A stretch of DNA of 56,022 nucleotides from an uncultured virus (IMG/VR IMGVR_UViG_3300024999_000052). Its lineage: Duplodnaviria; Heunggongvirae; Uroviricota; Caudoviricetes. The stretch lies in the IMG/VR virus record IMGVR_UViG_3300024999_000052. One strand, given 5' to 3'. Each line of letters opens with the position of its first letter. Within the stretch, counting starts at the first letter, position 1. The notes under the pieces are model-generated. The model saw nothing but the letters and a program-made list of their open reading frames with translations, did not search any database and had not been told where the DNA came from. Positions 11,138 to 20,558 of the stretch are shown here, piece by piece. The position numbers were made by a program, and so were the translations under genes.

Positions 11138-11911
11138 ATGAGTAAAGATAATTTAGGCGACCGCATGAAGGGATACGAAAATGTTGAGAGACGATATTTA
11201 ACTAAAAGAACGCCAACTCTCATTAGAATTGATGGCAAAGCGTTCCACACATTCACTAAAGGTTTTAGTAAACCTCTGGATATGCTATTGACACAAACCA
11301 TGTGGGACACAGCACAGTATCTCTGTGAGAATGTTATGGGATGTAAAATTGCATACACCCAAAGTGATGAAATTAGTTTATTGCTTACTGACTATGACTC
11401 TCTTACTACTCAAGCGTGGTTTGATAAAAATATTCAGAAAATGGTGTCTGTTTCTGCTAGTATGGCAACAATGGCCTTTAATAAAAGTTTTCGAGAAAAA
11501 GTTGATAATCTTGAAGTTAATATCACCGAAGAAGGTATTCAATGGGAAAGATATTATTTGAAAGTAGGTACTGCTATGTTTGATAGTCGTGCTTATAATA
11601 TTCCAAAAGAAGAAGTTTGTAATGCTTTCGTATGGAGACAACAAGACGCTACTAGAAATGCAATAGAAGCAGTTGGTCAAGCAAATTTCAGTCATAAACA
11701 ATTGCAAAATAAAACATGTAACCATATTCAGGAAATGTTATTCCAAGAAAAAGGAATTAACTTTAATGATTTGTCAACATATCAAAAGCGTGGAGCATGT
11801 ATTGTGAAAGAGAAATATGATAAAGATGGAACTATGCGTACTAGATGGGTAGTTGATAAAGATATTCCTATTTTCACACAGGATAGAGATTATATTGAGA
11901 AATATTTGTAA
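11138..11911 (+). CDS. tRNA(His) guanylyltransferase Thg1-like protein (3'-5' polymerase)
   Basis: RIDGKAFHTFT, YTQSDEISLL, FDSRA, WRQQDATRN and KRG motifs. Confidence 0.92.
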   Translation: MSKDNLGDRMKGYENVERRYLTKRTPTLIRIDGKAFHTFTKGFSKPLDMLLTQTMWDTAQYLCENVMGCKIAYTQSDEISLLLTDYDSLTTQAWFDKNIQKMVSVSASMATMAFNKSFREKVDNLEVNITEEGIQWERYYLKVGTAMFDSRAYNIPKEEVCNAFVWRQQDATRNAIEAVGQANFSHKQLQNKTCNHIQEMLFQEKGINFNDLSTYQKRGACIVKEKYDKDGTMRTRWVVDKDIPIFTQDRDYIEKYL

Positions 11912-11929
11912 ATGGTAAAATAATACAAC

Positions 11930-11995
11930 CCATAAAGTCCACTGTAGCAAGGGTTTCAGAAACCACAATTCCCTTGAAAGAGTTATTTTCTGGGA
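11930..11995. repeat. Composite repeat, copy 2
   Basis: TAGCAAGGGTTTCAG (AAGGGTT at 11949), then TGAAA-GAGTTA-TTTT at 11975. Confidence 0.55.
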
Positions 11996-12853
11996 AATTA
12001 GAAAGGAGCGAAATATATGTCAGGTTATTTTAAATTTAAATGTTCTAAAAACTGGAGAAGATCAAGTGAGTGCTTTCATCGTGGCGAAGCAAGTTGTCCT
12101 GGATTTGAATCTAATTATTCCAATATTTCTAAATGTATATATTATCAAGAAGAATATGTAGAATATAATATGTCTTAAATACATTGAATGAATAGTCAAA
12201 TGGAGGGAGCGTATATGAAAGAAACACCAAATTGTAAAATTTGTCAATTAAAATGTTGTGGATGTCAAAGTTATGGTACTTGTTTGATGCGTAAAGGCGA
12301 AAATGGTCATAAAATTGAAGATTGTACATTCATGGCAAGTAAATATTATTTGTTTACTGAGTATTTGAGTTATGAAAAAGGTTTAAATATGAAGTTGTGT
12401 AATTACGATGAAGTATGTAAAAGTTTGGTAGAAGCATGGGAATAGGAAGGAGTATTTTTATGCAAGAAATTAAAATTGAAGTGTCATTTATAATTCCAGA
12501 ATTAAATTTATCAGAAAAAGAACAAGGATATTTAAACCAACTTATTAAAGAAGTATTGGAAAGAGAAGGAAATGTAGGTTTATTTATTGCCTTAGAAACA
12601 TATTTGGGTAAATAAAAGAATAGATTCATAGGACAGAAAGGAAGATGATTTTAAATGGGAGTAAAAATTCAATTAAAAAGTGGAGCAGTACATAATTATC
12701 CTGATGCTAAATTAACTAAAGAATTTTTTGAAGATTGGTTGCTAAATAGCAAAACTTCTTTTAATGCTTTAGAGAATGATAATGTGTGTATTATTTATAG
12801 ATTATCAGAAATCGAAAGTATCCAAATAGAAAAGTAAAAGGAGGAAAAATACA

Positions 12854-13306
12854 ATGACAAAATATGAATCTATGTGTGATACATATAAACATAAACAATT
12901 GGTAAATAAATTTATGAATCAAATTATTAAAAGTTTAGGTGAAAGAGCCATAAATCATGATAATTCAAAATTAGAAGATATTGAGGCAGATATATTTGCT
13001 CAACATAACTCAAAATTGCATGGTAGTACATATGGAAGCGAAGAAAGTAAACAAACTCTTAAAGAATTAAAACCTGCATTGGATCATCGTTATGCTAATA
13101 ATCGTCACCATATAGAGCATTTTCCTAATGGAATTAAAGATATGGATTTAATTGATTTAATTGAGATGGTTTGTGATTGGGAAGCATCGACTTTAAGGCA
13201 CAACGATGGCAATATTTTAACTAGTATTGATAAGAATCAGGATAGATTTGGATATTCGAGTGATATGGCAGGGTGTTTTAAAAATACTATTAAGTTGTTT
13301 GAGTAG
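12854..13306 (+). CDS. DUF5662-like (HD-type) protein
   Basis: HK..V, HDNSK, NRHHIEH and EMVCDW motifs. Confidence 0.7.
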   Translation: MTKYESMCDTYKHKQLVNKFMNQIIKSLGERAINHDNSKLEDIEADIFAQHNSKLHGSTYGSEESKQTLKELKPALDHRYANNRHHIEHFPNGIKDMDLIDLIEMVCDWEASTLRHNDGNILTSIDKNQDRFGYSSDMAGCFKNTIKLFE

Positions 13307-13454
13307 GAAGAATGTAGTGAGTTGTAATTTTATATTGATGAAAGGGATGTGATTGAAATGTAGAAATAATTTTATTTGTTGGACAATGAATATTATCCAA
13401 GTTGTAGGTAATACTATTACCAAGGAAGTAAATTAAAGGTAAGGTGATAGTATT

Positions 13455-13829
13455 ATGCAAGTAGTAAATAAAGTTCAGCAACCGCAACAATTAATTAGAG
13501 GTGGAATTTACATTGTAAATCTTCCTAATAACGGAGGATCAATCCAGTCAAAACAACGCCCTTGTGTGTTGGTGTCGAACAATATGGCTAATTTTTATTC
13601 TAGTGTTTTGCATGTATGCCCTCTTAGTTCAGTGACCACTAAGAAAAAATTACCTACTCATATTACGGTCAATAGGGTAAAAAGTGGGCTTTTAAAGGAC
13701 AGTATTGCACTTTGCGAGCAAGTAATTCCTGTAAATAAGAGTGATATTTTTAATCAAGTGGCGTTTTGCGACGAAGATACTATGAGGATGATTTCAAAAG
13801 GAATTAAGGTTCAGTTTGCTTTGGAATGA
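13455..13829 (+). CDS. mazF: PemK/MazF-family endoribonuclease
   Basis: RGGIY, GSIQSKQRPCVLVSNN, PLSS, LPTH and DSIALCEQV motifs. Confidence 0.9.
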   Translation: MQVVNKVQQPQQLIRGGIYIVNLPNNGGSIQSKQRPCVLVSNNMANFYSSVLHVCPLSSVTTKKKLPTHITVNRVKSGLLKDSIALCEQVIPVNKSDIFNQVAFCDEDTMRMISKGIKVQFALE

Positions 13830-13867
13830 TAGAAAAATAAATATATAGAAGGAGATACGTTTAAATA

Positions 13868-15478
13868 TTGACTAAGAGAATTAAGAAAGTTAAGAAAAGC
13901 ACAGAACAATATAAATTAGAATTAGAGGAGATTAATTTAGTTAACAATACAAATATAAAACTTAAGGAAGGTGTTGAACTTAATAATTTATACACTAAAA
14001 TTATACACATTTGTTCTTGTGGAAAAGAATGGTCGGTAAAACCTAATAATATACTATCAGGCAACTCTAAAAAATGTGGATTGTGTTATACTTTTGCAGA
14101 ATGTGGTATTGATAATTTAGGAATAAATTTCCTTAAAGAGTATTGGGATTATGAGAAAAATAAAGGCATTGATCCTTGGAAAATTAGCTATGCTTCAGAA
14201 ATTTACGTGTATATATTTTGCAAGAAAGTAGATTATCATGGAAGTTATCCAATAATGTGTAAACATTTTAGCAAAGGAAATAGATGTGGGTATTGTAAAG
14301 GGGATAAATTGGTACATCCAAAAGATAGTTTTGGACAATTCTTAATAGATTCGTTTGGTGATAATGTGTTAGAAATGTATTGGGATTATAAAGTAAATAA
14401 TATTGATCCTTTTACAATTACAAAACGGTCTAATAAAATGGTATATATAAAATGTCAAAAGAAAGATTATCATGGAAGTTATGGTATAAGATGCCCTGAT
14501 TTTGTAGATGGAGATAGATGTGGATATTGTCGGGGATTTAAAGTACATCCATTAGATAGTATAGGAACATTATATCCACAGTCTTTAATTATTTGGTCAG
14601 ATAAAAATGAAAAAACTCCTTATGAATATACTCATGGTAGCAACCAAGAAGTTTGGTGGAAATGTAAAAACGGAAAACATGAAGATTACCCACAAATTGT
14701 ATGCAGTACAATAACGTATAATTTTAGATGCCCAGAATGTTCAAGAGAATATATGGAATCAAACATGGCAACAACATTAAAACAAGTATTTAAACATAAA
14801 TATCCAGACACCATATGGGAATACGATGCGGGTTTTAGAACCAATAAAAATGGAATAAGTAGATATGATATTTATGTTCCTAATTTAAATTTATTAATTG
14901 AATGTCAATCCGAATATCATGATAATGAAATACGTAAAGCACGAGATAAACTTAAAAAACAATTTGCCTTAGATAATAATTATAATTTTATAGAACTGGA
15001 TTATAGAGATTATTCTCCATTGGAAGCAGTACAAATGTTTTTTCCACATATTAAAGAAATACCTAAATATGTAGATTTTACTAAAGATACAATAAAAAAT
15101 TGGGATGTTAAGAAAGCACAAAAGTTATTAAATGAAGGCCATACATTTATGGATGTTGCTAACGAGGTAGGTACTACATATGGGGCAATACATAGTGCTT
15201 TATTAAATAAAGGATTGATAAAACCTAAAAATTATCAAATTCAAGGTGAAAAAATTGTTTGTATAAATAAAAACAATGAACTAATAAAAATATACAATTC
15301 TGTCAGTTCTGCTGCCAAAGATTTAGGAAAAGCAAATGGCACAAGTATTAGTTCATGTCTAACTAAAAAACCTCGTTCTGATACAGGTAAAATACGTGAA
15401 ACTGCCTTTGGATTCAAATGGATGTATCTAGTAGACTATGAGAATATGGTTAAAGATCAAAATAATAAACCTCCGTAG
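13868..15478 (+). CDS. Free-standing homing-endonuclease-like protein: zinc-ribbon repeats, PD-(D/E)XK/Vsr-like nuclease, NUMOD1-like HTH
   Basis: Repeated YWDY..N..DP..C..YHGSY..RCGYC units; YDIYVP..LIECQSEYHD; terminal TAFGFKWMY; TTG start with AAGGAG RBS. Confidence 0.75.
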   Translation: MTKRIKKVKKSTEQYKLELEEINLVNNTNIKLKEGVELNNLYTKIIHICSCGKEWSVKPNNILSGNSKKCGLCYTFAECGIDNLGINFLKEYWDYEKNKGIDPWKISYASEIYVYIFCKKVDYHGSYPIMCKHFSKGNRCGYCKGDKLVHPKDSFGQFLIDSFGDNVLEMYWDYKVNNIDPFTITKRSNKMVYIKCQKKDYHGSYGIRCPDFVDGDRCGYCRGFKVHPLDSIGTLYPQSLIIWSDKNEKTPYEYTHGSNQEVWWKCKNGKHEDYPQIVCSTITYNFRCPECSREYMESNMATTLKQVFKHKYPDTIWEYDAGFRTNKNGISRYDIYVPNLNLLIECQSEYHDNEIRKARDKLKKQFALDNNYNFIELDYRDYSPLEAVQMFFPHIKEIPKYVDFTKDTIKNWDVKKAQKLLNEGHTFMDVANEVGTTYGAIHSALLNKGLIKPKNYQIQGEKIVCINKNNELIKIYNSVSSAAKDLGKANGTSISSCLTKKPRSDTGKIRETAFGFKWMYLVDYENMVKDQNNKPP

Positions 15479-15543
15479 AATACATATAGACAAATAATTA
15501 CATAAAATTAAACTATAAACAAAGGAGAGATAAATAATATAAT

Positions 15544-16230
15544 ATGGATTTTATAACCATTTTAACTAAAAAAACCTTAAATATATTTAACATCAATGTA
15601 GATACAATTAATGAAGTGTGTAATAAAAATCATTATTCAAAAATCAACAATTTAATAAAAACACATAGAAAAAAAGAAATACAAACTAATGCAGAACATG
15701 TTTTTCAGTTAGTAGAAAATGGAATTACTCTTGCTTATAGTGAGATACTTAAATATGTAATTGTTTTATTAATAGCAAAATGTTTATGTTTAGGTATTTC
15801 ACTTCCAGTATTCTTTATCATGACTGTTTTCACTATTCTTAGAGCTTTGGCAGGAGGGGTACACTTATCTACCTTTAATAAATGTTTTGGGGCAATGATA
15901 ATATGCTTTCTTTCTTTAGGATGGATAGTAACTCAAATACATATAGATTACTTGTACTTAATAATTGGATATATAATCAGTATATATTTAGCTTATAAAT
16001 ATGCTCCTCAAGAAAGAGAAGATAAATCAGATAAAGATTGTGACAATGGTAATATAAAAAAGCATAGGAGCATATTGTTTGTTACAGTTTGTTGTGTTAT
16101 AAGTATTGTATTATTTAAATCTCATCAAATAATTAGTGTGAGTATCTTTTTTGGAGTATTGCTTGAGGTATTCACAATTACATCTGTGGGAACTAGATTT
16201 TTTAAGTGGATTGACGGTGGACATATATGA
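15544..16230 (+). CDS. agrB: Accessory gene regulator B (AgrB) family peptidase/cyclase
   Basis: LRALAGGVHLSTFNKC carries the catalytic His and Cys; KYAP motif; multiple TM segments. Confidence 0.9.
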   Translation: MDFITILTKKTLNIFNINVDTINEVCNKNHYSKINNLIKTHRKKEIQTNAEHVFQLVENGITLAYSEILKYVIVLLIAKCLCLGISLPVFFIMTVFTILRALAGGVHLSTFNKCFGAMIICFLSLGWIVTQIHIDYLYLIIGYIISIYLAYKYAPQEREDKSDKDCDNGNIKKHRSILFVTVCCVISIVLFKSHQIISVSIFFGVLLEVFTITSVGTRFFKWIDGGHI

Positions 16231-16847
16231 TCGAAGTAGTAGTTATTGCTTGTTTGGTTGCAAAACTCAAAGGATATAAATGGTCTGAGATATTTAAGAT
16301 TTTTAAACATTGGAGTGCTTACCCAATTATATTAACTTGTTTTTTAAATATATATATTGTGTATTTGATGATTCACGGAGAATATTGGTTTTTACAATAT
16401 AGCAGCCATATAAAAGACGTTACATTCTTATTTTATATATTGCTAATTATTAGATATAAACTGATTAATATTTCTGTATTTAAAAATATTAACATAAAAA
16501 AGAATGGACAATTAATTACATCGCTTACTTCACCAGTTATTATAGGGGCATTATGTGCGACTATAGGATCTAAATTAAATGAATTAACTATGTTTTATAA
16601 TAATGGTAAAATGCCTGTATTCCCAAGCAATAGTATTAGTATTGGTTTTTCAAAGATTGATATGTTTGAAAAAGCGTCGGTATTTAATGATTTTCATATA
16701 TTGGGTAATTACACAACAAAATTAATATTTTTAACCGATACTTGGGATATTTTTTATGTAATTATGAGTCCTGGTGATATATTAATAAAGTTATTTGCTG
16801 GAATGGTTTTATATTATTCTATTAAACAAAGTAAAGTCTTACTGTAA
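16227..16847 (+). CDS. DUF5317-like membrane protein, translationally coupled to agrB
   Basis: ATGA overlap; MIE..V..C..AKLKG N-terminus; LN..NNGKMPV, LTD and SPGDIL motifs. Confidence 0.7.
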   Translation: MIEVVVIACLVAKLKGYKWSEIFKIFKHWSAYPIILTCFLNIYIVYLMIHGEYWFLQYSSHIKDVTFLFYILLIIRYKLINISVFKNINIKKNGQLITSLTSPVIIGALCATIGSKLNELTMFYNNGKMPVFPSNSISIGFSKIDMFEKASVFNDFHILGNYTTKLIFLTDTWDIFYVIMSPGDILIKLFAGMVLYYSIKQSKVLL

Positions 16848-16862
16848 ATATAAAAATAATGT

Positions 16863-16891
16863 TTGACAATTATACAAATATGTATTATACT
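16863..16891 (+). promoter_or_regulatory. Sigma-A promoter for membrane gene 1 and agrD
   Basis: TTGACA-17nt-TATACT. Confidence 0.7.
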
Positions 16892-16920
16892 CTATATATA
16901 AGGTAAAGGAGGAAATACAT

Positions 16921-17730
16921 ATGAAAGATTTAATTAATATCACTACATGCTTCTTTTTTCTCGCGGTTCCAGATTTTATTTTTATGGTAATATTGCTAAT
17001 AAAATTTATGGGCAAAGGAGAATTATTGGATGTTTACAGATTAAAAGAAAATATTAAATGGTATATAATTTTGATTATACCACCTTCCATACTAGTAAGT
17101 GTTTTAATTTATGGATTTAAATTTCAAAGAAATATATCTTCAATAATAAGTTTAATTTTATTATACTTTATATCAATTTATGTATTCGAAAAGACAAAGG
17201 TGGAAGAAGTAAAACATTTAAGAATAAAAATTCTTATAAGATTTATTCCTTTGTATATAAGTCTAATAGCAATCGATTTGGTAACTGCGCCTGTTTTGTT
17301 TTATTTTTTACACTTAGATTTCCAAAAAATTTATAATGATATAAATTTACTTTTAATATGTTCTCTTGCATCAAGAATTATAGAGGTTTCAATTATTACA
17401 TTTATGCTTACATATAAGCAGAGAAAATTTCAGATTAATTTATTAGAATATATTTATAAAAATACCTTTTTCAGAAGATTTGTTACAATTACAATGATCT
17501 TATTAATAATATTTGAAATATGTATACTGAAATTGGTTATTTACAATAATTTTTTAAACATTTTAAAATCATTAATAGGACAAATAGTTATTGTTGTAGG
17601 TTTTATTTATCTGATACCTTCCATCGTTATAATAGGTTTATATTTAATTATAAATCATTGTATTTCCCTTATAAATAGTGTTCAACAGATTCATAATCTA
17701 CCTTCTAATGAAGATGATATGTCTGTTTAG
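16921..17730 (+). CDS. Polytopic membrane protein 1 (possible AgrC-sensor-like receptor, no kinase domain)
   Basis: About 7 hydrophobic segments; no H-box or HATPase motifs; paralog of 18965-19771. Confidence 0.7.
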   Translation: MKDLINITTCFFFLAVPDFIFMVILLIKFMGKGELLDVYRLKENIKWYIILIIPPSILVSVLIYGFKFQRNISSIISLILLYFISIYVFEKTKVEEVKHLRIKILIRFIPLYISLIAIDLVTAPVLFYFLHLDFQKIYNDINLLLICSLASRIIEVSIITFMLTYKQRKFQINLLEYIYKNTFFRRFVTITMILLIIFEICILKLVIYNNFLNILKSLIGQIVIVVGFIYLIPSIVIIGLYLIINHCISLINSVQQIHNLPSNEDDMSV

Positions 17731-17761
17731 CAAATAATTATTAAGTAAGGAGGTGAAAAAT

Positions 17762-17881
17762 ATGAAAAACAAAGTATTAGCAAGTGGTTTGTTAATTGTT
17801 GCTTCTATTGCTGTATATGCAGCGACCATGCCTTGTCTGGCAGCATGGCATCAACCAGTAACCCCTAAATGTATCGCGTAG
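17762..17881 (+). CDS. agrD: AgrD cyclic autoinducing peptide precursor (39 aa, not in ORF track)
   Basis: MKNKVLASGLLIVASIAVYAATMPCLAAWHQPVTPKCIA; AAGGAGGTGA RBS; clostridial C-x4-HQP-x-x-PK pattern. Confidence 0.9.
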   Translation: MKNKVLASGLLIVASIAVYAATMPCLAAWHQPVTPKCIA

Positions 17882-17898
17882 TACATACCCAATTGTCC

Positions 17899-17928
17899 AA
17901 GGAGGGAGTTCTTATACTCTCTCCTTTT
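17899..17928 (+). terminator. Intrinsic terminator after agrD
   Basis: AAGGAGGGAGT-TCTTAT-ACTCTCTCCTT-TT. Confidence 0.7.
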
Positions 17929-17956
17929 GAATTATAAAATAATTTCAAATATTCTA

Positions 17957-17985
17957 TTGACATATTTACCACCGTAATGTATTAT
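17957..17985 (+). promoter_or_regulatory. Sigma-A promoter for the HTH-MazF gene
   Basis: TTGACA-17nt-TATTAT. Confidence 0.6.
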
Positions 17986-18048
17986 AGTAATATAAAGTAA
18001 AAATTCAAAAATTTATATTTACTAAATTGAGAGAGGTGGAGGATTAAT

Positions 18049-18861
18049 ATGTTTTTTAATGCAAAAAAGAAGATCGAGGTAGTCAAATCAACGGAGGTAA
18101 ATAATTTTAAAGAACTTGCAATACTAACGAAAAGAGCCATCGGAAATAACACTGTTCCAGAATTTGTCGGTCGATGTGGAATCCCTAATTATCTTAAAAA
18201 TGTTCTTAACATTATAAACGAAAAAATAATTACATACCCTGAACTTTGGCTTCTTCAAAAGATTTCTAATGGATCGGAACTTCGAGTATCTTTTGACGAA
18301 TTAAGAATTGCATGTGGTTATAGTTTGAACGATGGAGATATTAATTTAAAAGATATAAAACCATTTTGGGGTGGAATTTATTGGTGCGATTTTCACGATT
18401 ATTCCGATAGTGTTACTGGAGGTATACATCCTGCGGTAATCACGCAAAATAATATAGGAAATGACAGAGCCACGATCACTTGGGCTGTGCCATTGACTAG
18501 TAAAATAAGTAAGAATTTTCAACCTACTCATATAAAAATTTCTAAAAATTGTGGATTGGAAAAAGATTCTGAAATTATTATAGAACAAATGAGAGTTATT
18601 ACTAAACGCGATCTATTAATTGATGGTCATGTTAATTTTATTTGTGAATGCCCAGAAGACATCATGCGCCAAGTGTCGATTGCGATCATGAAACAGGCTG
18701 GCATGGTACACACTAAAGCTAAAGAATCTACTGTAAGCAGATTTTTAGATAAACTCAATGAATATGTAAATAAAGAAGAGGAAAGCCGTGTCCGTCATTT
18801 TCAAAGTAATCAAAATAATAACTTCAACACATCTGTGACACAACAACGAGTAGCATATTAG
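18049..18861 (+). CDS. XRE-HTH-like domain fused to a PemK/MazF domain
   Basis: N-terminal KRAIGN..EF..CGI..IIN..P..LQKI..VSFDEL..ACGY; C-terminal GGIYW..GGIHPAVITQNNIGN..VPLTS..PTH..DSEIIIEQ. Confidence 0.75.
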   Translation: MFFNAKKKIEVVKSTEVNNFKELAILTKRAIGNNTVPEFVGRCGIPNYLKNVLNIINEKIITYPELWLLQKISNGSELRVSFDELRIACGYSLNDGDINLKDIKPFWGGIYWCDFHDYSDSVTGGIHPAVITQNNIGNDRATITWAVPLTSKISKNFQPTHIKISKNCGLEKDSEIIIEQMRVITKRDLLIDGHVNFICECPEDIMRQVSIAIMKQAGMVHTKAKESTVSRFLDKLNEYVNKEEESRVRHFQSNQNNNFNTSVTQQRVAY

Positions 18862-18964
18862 TATGAAAATAATTAGATGGTTGTTATATTACGCATATAT
18901 TAAATCAACTCAATAATGACCATCTTTATACACAAATAAAATCTAAAGAAAGAAGGTCACGCCC

Positions 18965-19771
18965 ATGCAAACACTATCCCTACCCCATATCCTCCTAAAT
19001 ACAATCTTCACATCAATTCCAGAAGAAGCATTCATAGCAATAATCACTCTAATCTTCCTAAAACTAAATAACCTCCTAGACATTTACACATGGAATCGTA
19101 GTCTAAAATGGATTGCTCTAGCTGTAATCCCTGTATCTATTCTAATAAATATCTTTCGTTACATAATTATAGTTCCAAAACAAAATATGATGATTTCAAC
19201 TATGATTATTATGATTTTACTCATGGAATTTATAGTTATAAACAACAGTTTTGATATAACTCCATCCCTAATCTTCAAAACAGCAATATTCACAATAGCA
19301 GGATTTGTTATTGTAGGAATAGTAGAATATTCGTATTGCCCCTTAGTTGCTTCATTACTAGATAGGCCAATGGAATTTTTCAATACCAATGTATATTATA
19401 ATTTTCTATTAGGTCTTCCTGCAAGAGTATTATATTTATGTGTCATTTCATTTGTCATAATTAGAAGGAATAGTACAGTTCATATTGATTTATTCAATTC
19501 CATAGTTAAAAACAAGTTCTTTATATATGGTTTTCTTTTAATGATATTAGTCAGAATTTCTTTAATTACTTACATTGTAAAATTAATAGAAAGAAATAGC
19601 ATTTTAATTTACGTACAGTTTGTAGAAAAATTGTATATTATAATTGGAATAACTTGTGTGCCGATAATTTTCATAACTTTATTGCTGATGTTTATTAACA
19701 ATTTATTATGCAAAGAACAGATTAAATTGCAAACTTATGAGAATATGTTTTATTATAGTGGAAGCAAATAA
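18965..19771 (+). CDS. Polytopic membrane protein 2, paralog of 16921-17730
   Basis: Shared P..F..LLD.Y..KW..IP.SIL and I.L..I.KN.FF patterns; nearly identical length (268 vs 269 aa). Confidence 0.75.
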   Translation: MQTLSLPHILLNTIFTSIPEEAFIAIITLIFLKLNNLLDIYTWNRSLKWIALAVIPVSILINIFRYIIIVPKQNMMISTMIIMILLMEFIVINNSFDITPSLIFKTAIFTIAGFVIVGIVEYSYCPLVASLLDRPMEFFNTNVYYNFLLGLPARVLYLCVISFVIIRRNSTVHIDLFNSIVKNKFFIYGFLLMILVRISLITYIVKLIERNSILIYVQFVEKLYIIIGITCVPIIFITLLLMFINNLLCKEQIKLQTYENMFYYSGSK

Positions 19772-19851
19772 ATATGCAAAATAAAATTTTTTTCATTTAT
19801 TTAATATACAACCATAATTAATCAAAAACAGACGAACAATTTTGAATAAAT

Positions 19852-19916
19852 TGTCGAACATATGTACTATTTTTGTTATGATAGTTCTTGAATAGTGGTT
19901 TTCTCAGTGATATAAT
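19852..19916 (+). promoter_or_regulatory. Promoter with upstream overlapping Spo0A-box and LexA-box-like sequences
   Basis: TGTCGAA (19852-19858); CGAACATATGTAC (19855-19867); TTGAAT-17nt-TATAAT (19888-19916). Confidence 0.4.
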
Positions 19917-19996
19917 ATTAACAAGGAGGTATTAAAAGAATAGGAAAACAATTTGTATTAATTTCCATAAAATAAAATTAAAGGAGAAGTGAATAT

Positions 19997-20395
19997 ATGG
20001 AAAATTGTAAAAAAGAAGAAAATGAACAATTAATTTGGGTTATTAAGGATCAAGATGATAACTTTATCAATAAATCAAGTATAGGTAAATTAAACAATAA
20101 AAAATGGCAATACATAGCATTTAAAACATTCTCCCAAGAAGCAAGGGGATATAAGACCAAAGAATATGCTAAAAAAGCATTGGACTTCTTAAACGCAAAG
20201 AAAGTAGTTGCCGGATTTGATTTTTCCTTTCATATAGAATGTCTTAATTTAGAAAAAATAATTGATGAACATATGCTATTTCAAGGTGATAATTTGGTTG
20301 TACATGAGAAAGAATTATTATTAACGCCTTGTAGAATGGAAAAGACTTGTATATTTTCATGTTTTCAAAACCTTGTTTCTTCTAGTGTAATCTAA
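19997..20395 (+). CDS. Hypothetical protein
   Basis: 132 aa; AAGGAG RBS; own promoter and terminator. Confidence 0.7.
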   Translation: MENCKKEENEQLIWVIKDQDDNFINKSSIGKLNNKKWQYIAFKTFSQEARGYKTKEYAKKALDFLNAKKVVAGFDFSFHIECLNLEKIIDEHMLFQGDNLVVHEKELLLTPCRMEKTCIFSCFQNLVSSSVI

Positions 20396-20416
20396 TAGTT
20401 TAACATTTGAAGCACG

Positions 20417-20455
20417 ACAAACTGCTCTGAAAACACGCTACTGAGCAGTTTGTTT
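20417..20455 (+). terminator. Intrinsic terminator
   Basis: CAAACTGCTC..GAGCAGTTTG-TTT. Confidence 0.65.
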
Positions 20456-20475
20456 ATAAAAATAAGTATTATTCC

Positions 20476-20505
20476 TTGACATTATTAGGGAGGTCATGGT
20501 ATTAT
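20476..20505 (+). promoter_or_regulatory. Sigma-A promoter for the putative repressor operon
   Basis: TTGACA-18nt-TATTAT with extended TG. Confidence 0.65.
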
Positions 20506-20558
20506 TATATTATATAAATGTTAAGATACTGTGACGATAATGTGAAGGAGAGATATTT

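Noticed and set aside
9601..17921. Shared AGGGAGTT(C)TTATACTCTCT sequence in the hairpins at about 9601 and 17903
   Set aside because: Only two copies, both positioned as terminators; most simply a reused terminator sequence.
16921..19771. Calling the membrane proteins agrC
   Set aside because: No H-box or ATP-binding (N/G box) motifs, and too short for a histidine kinase.
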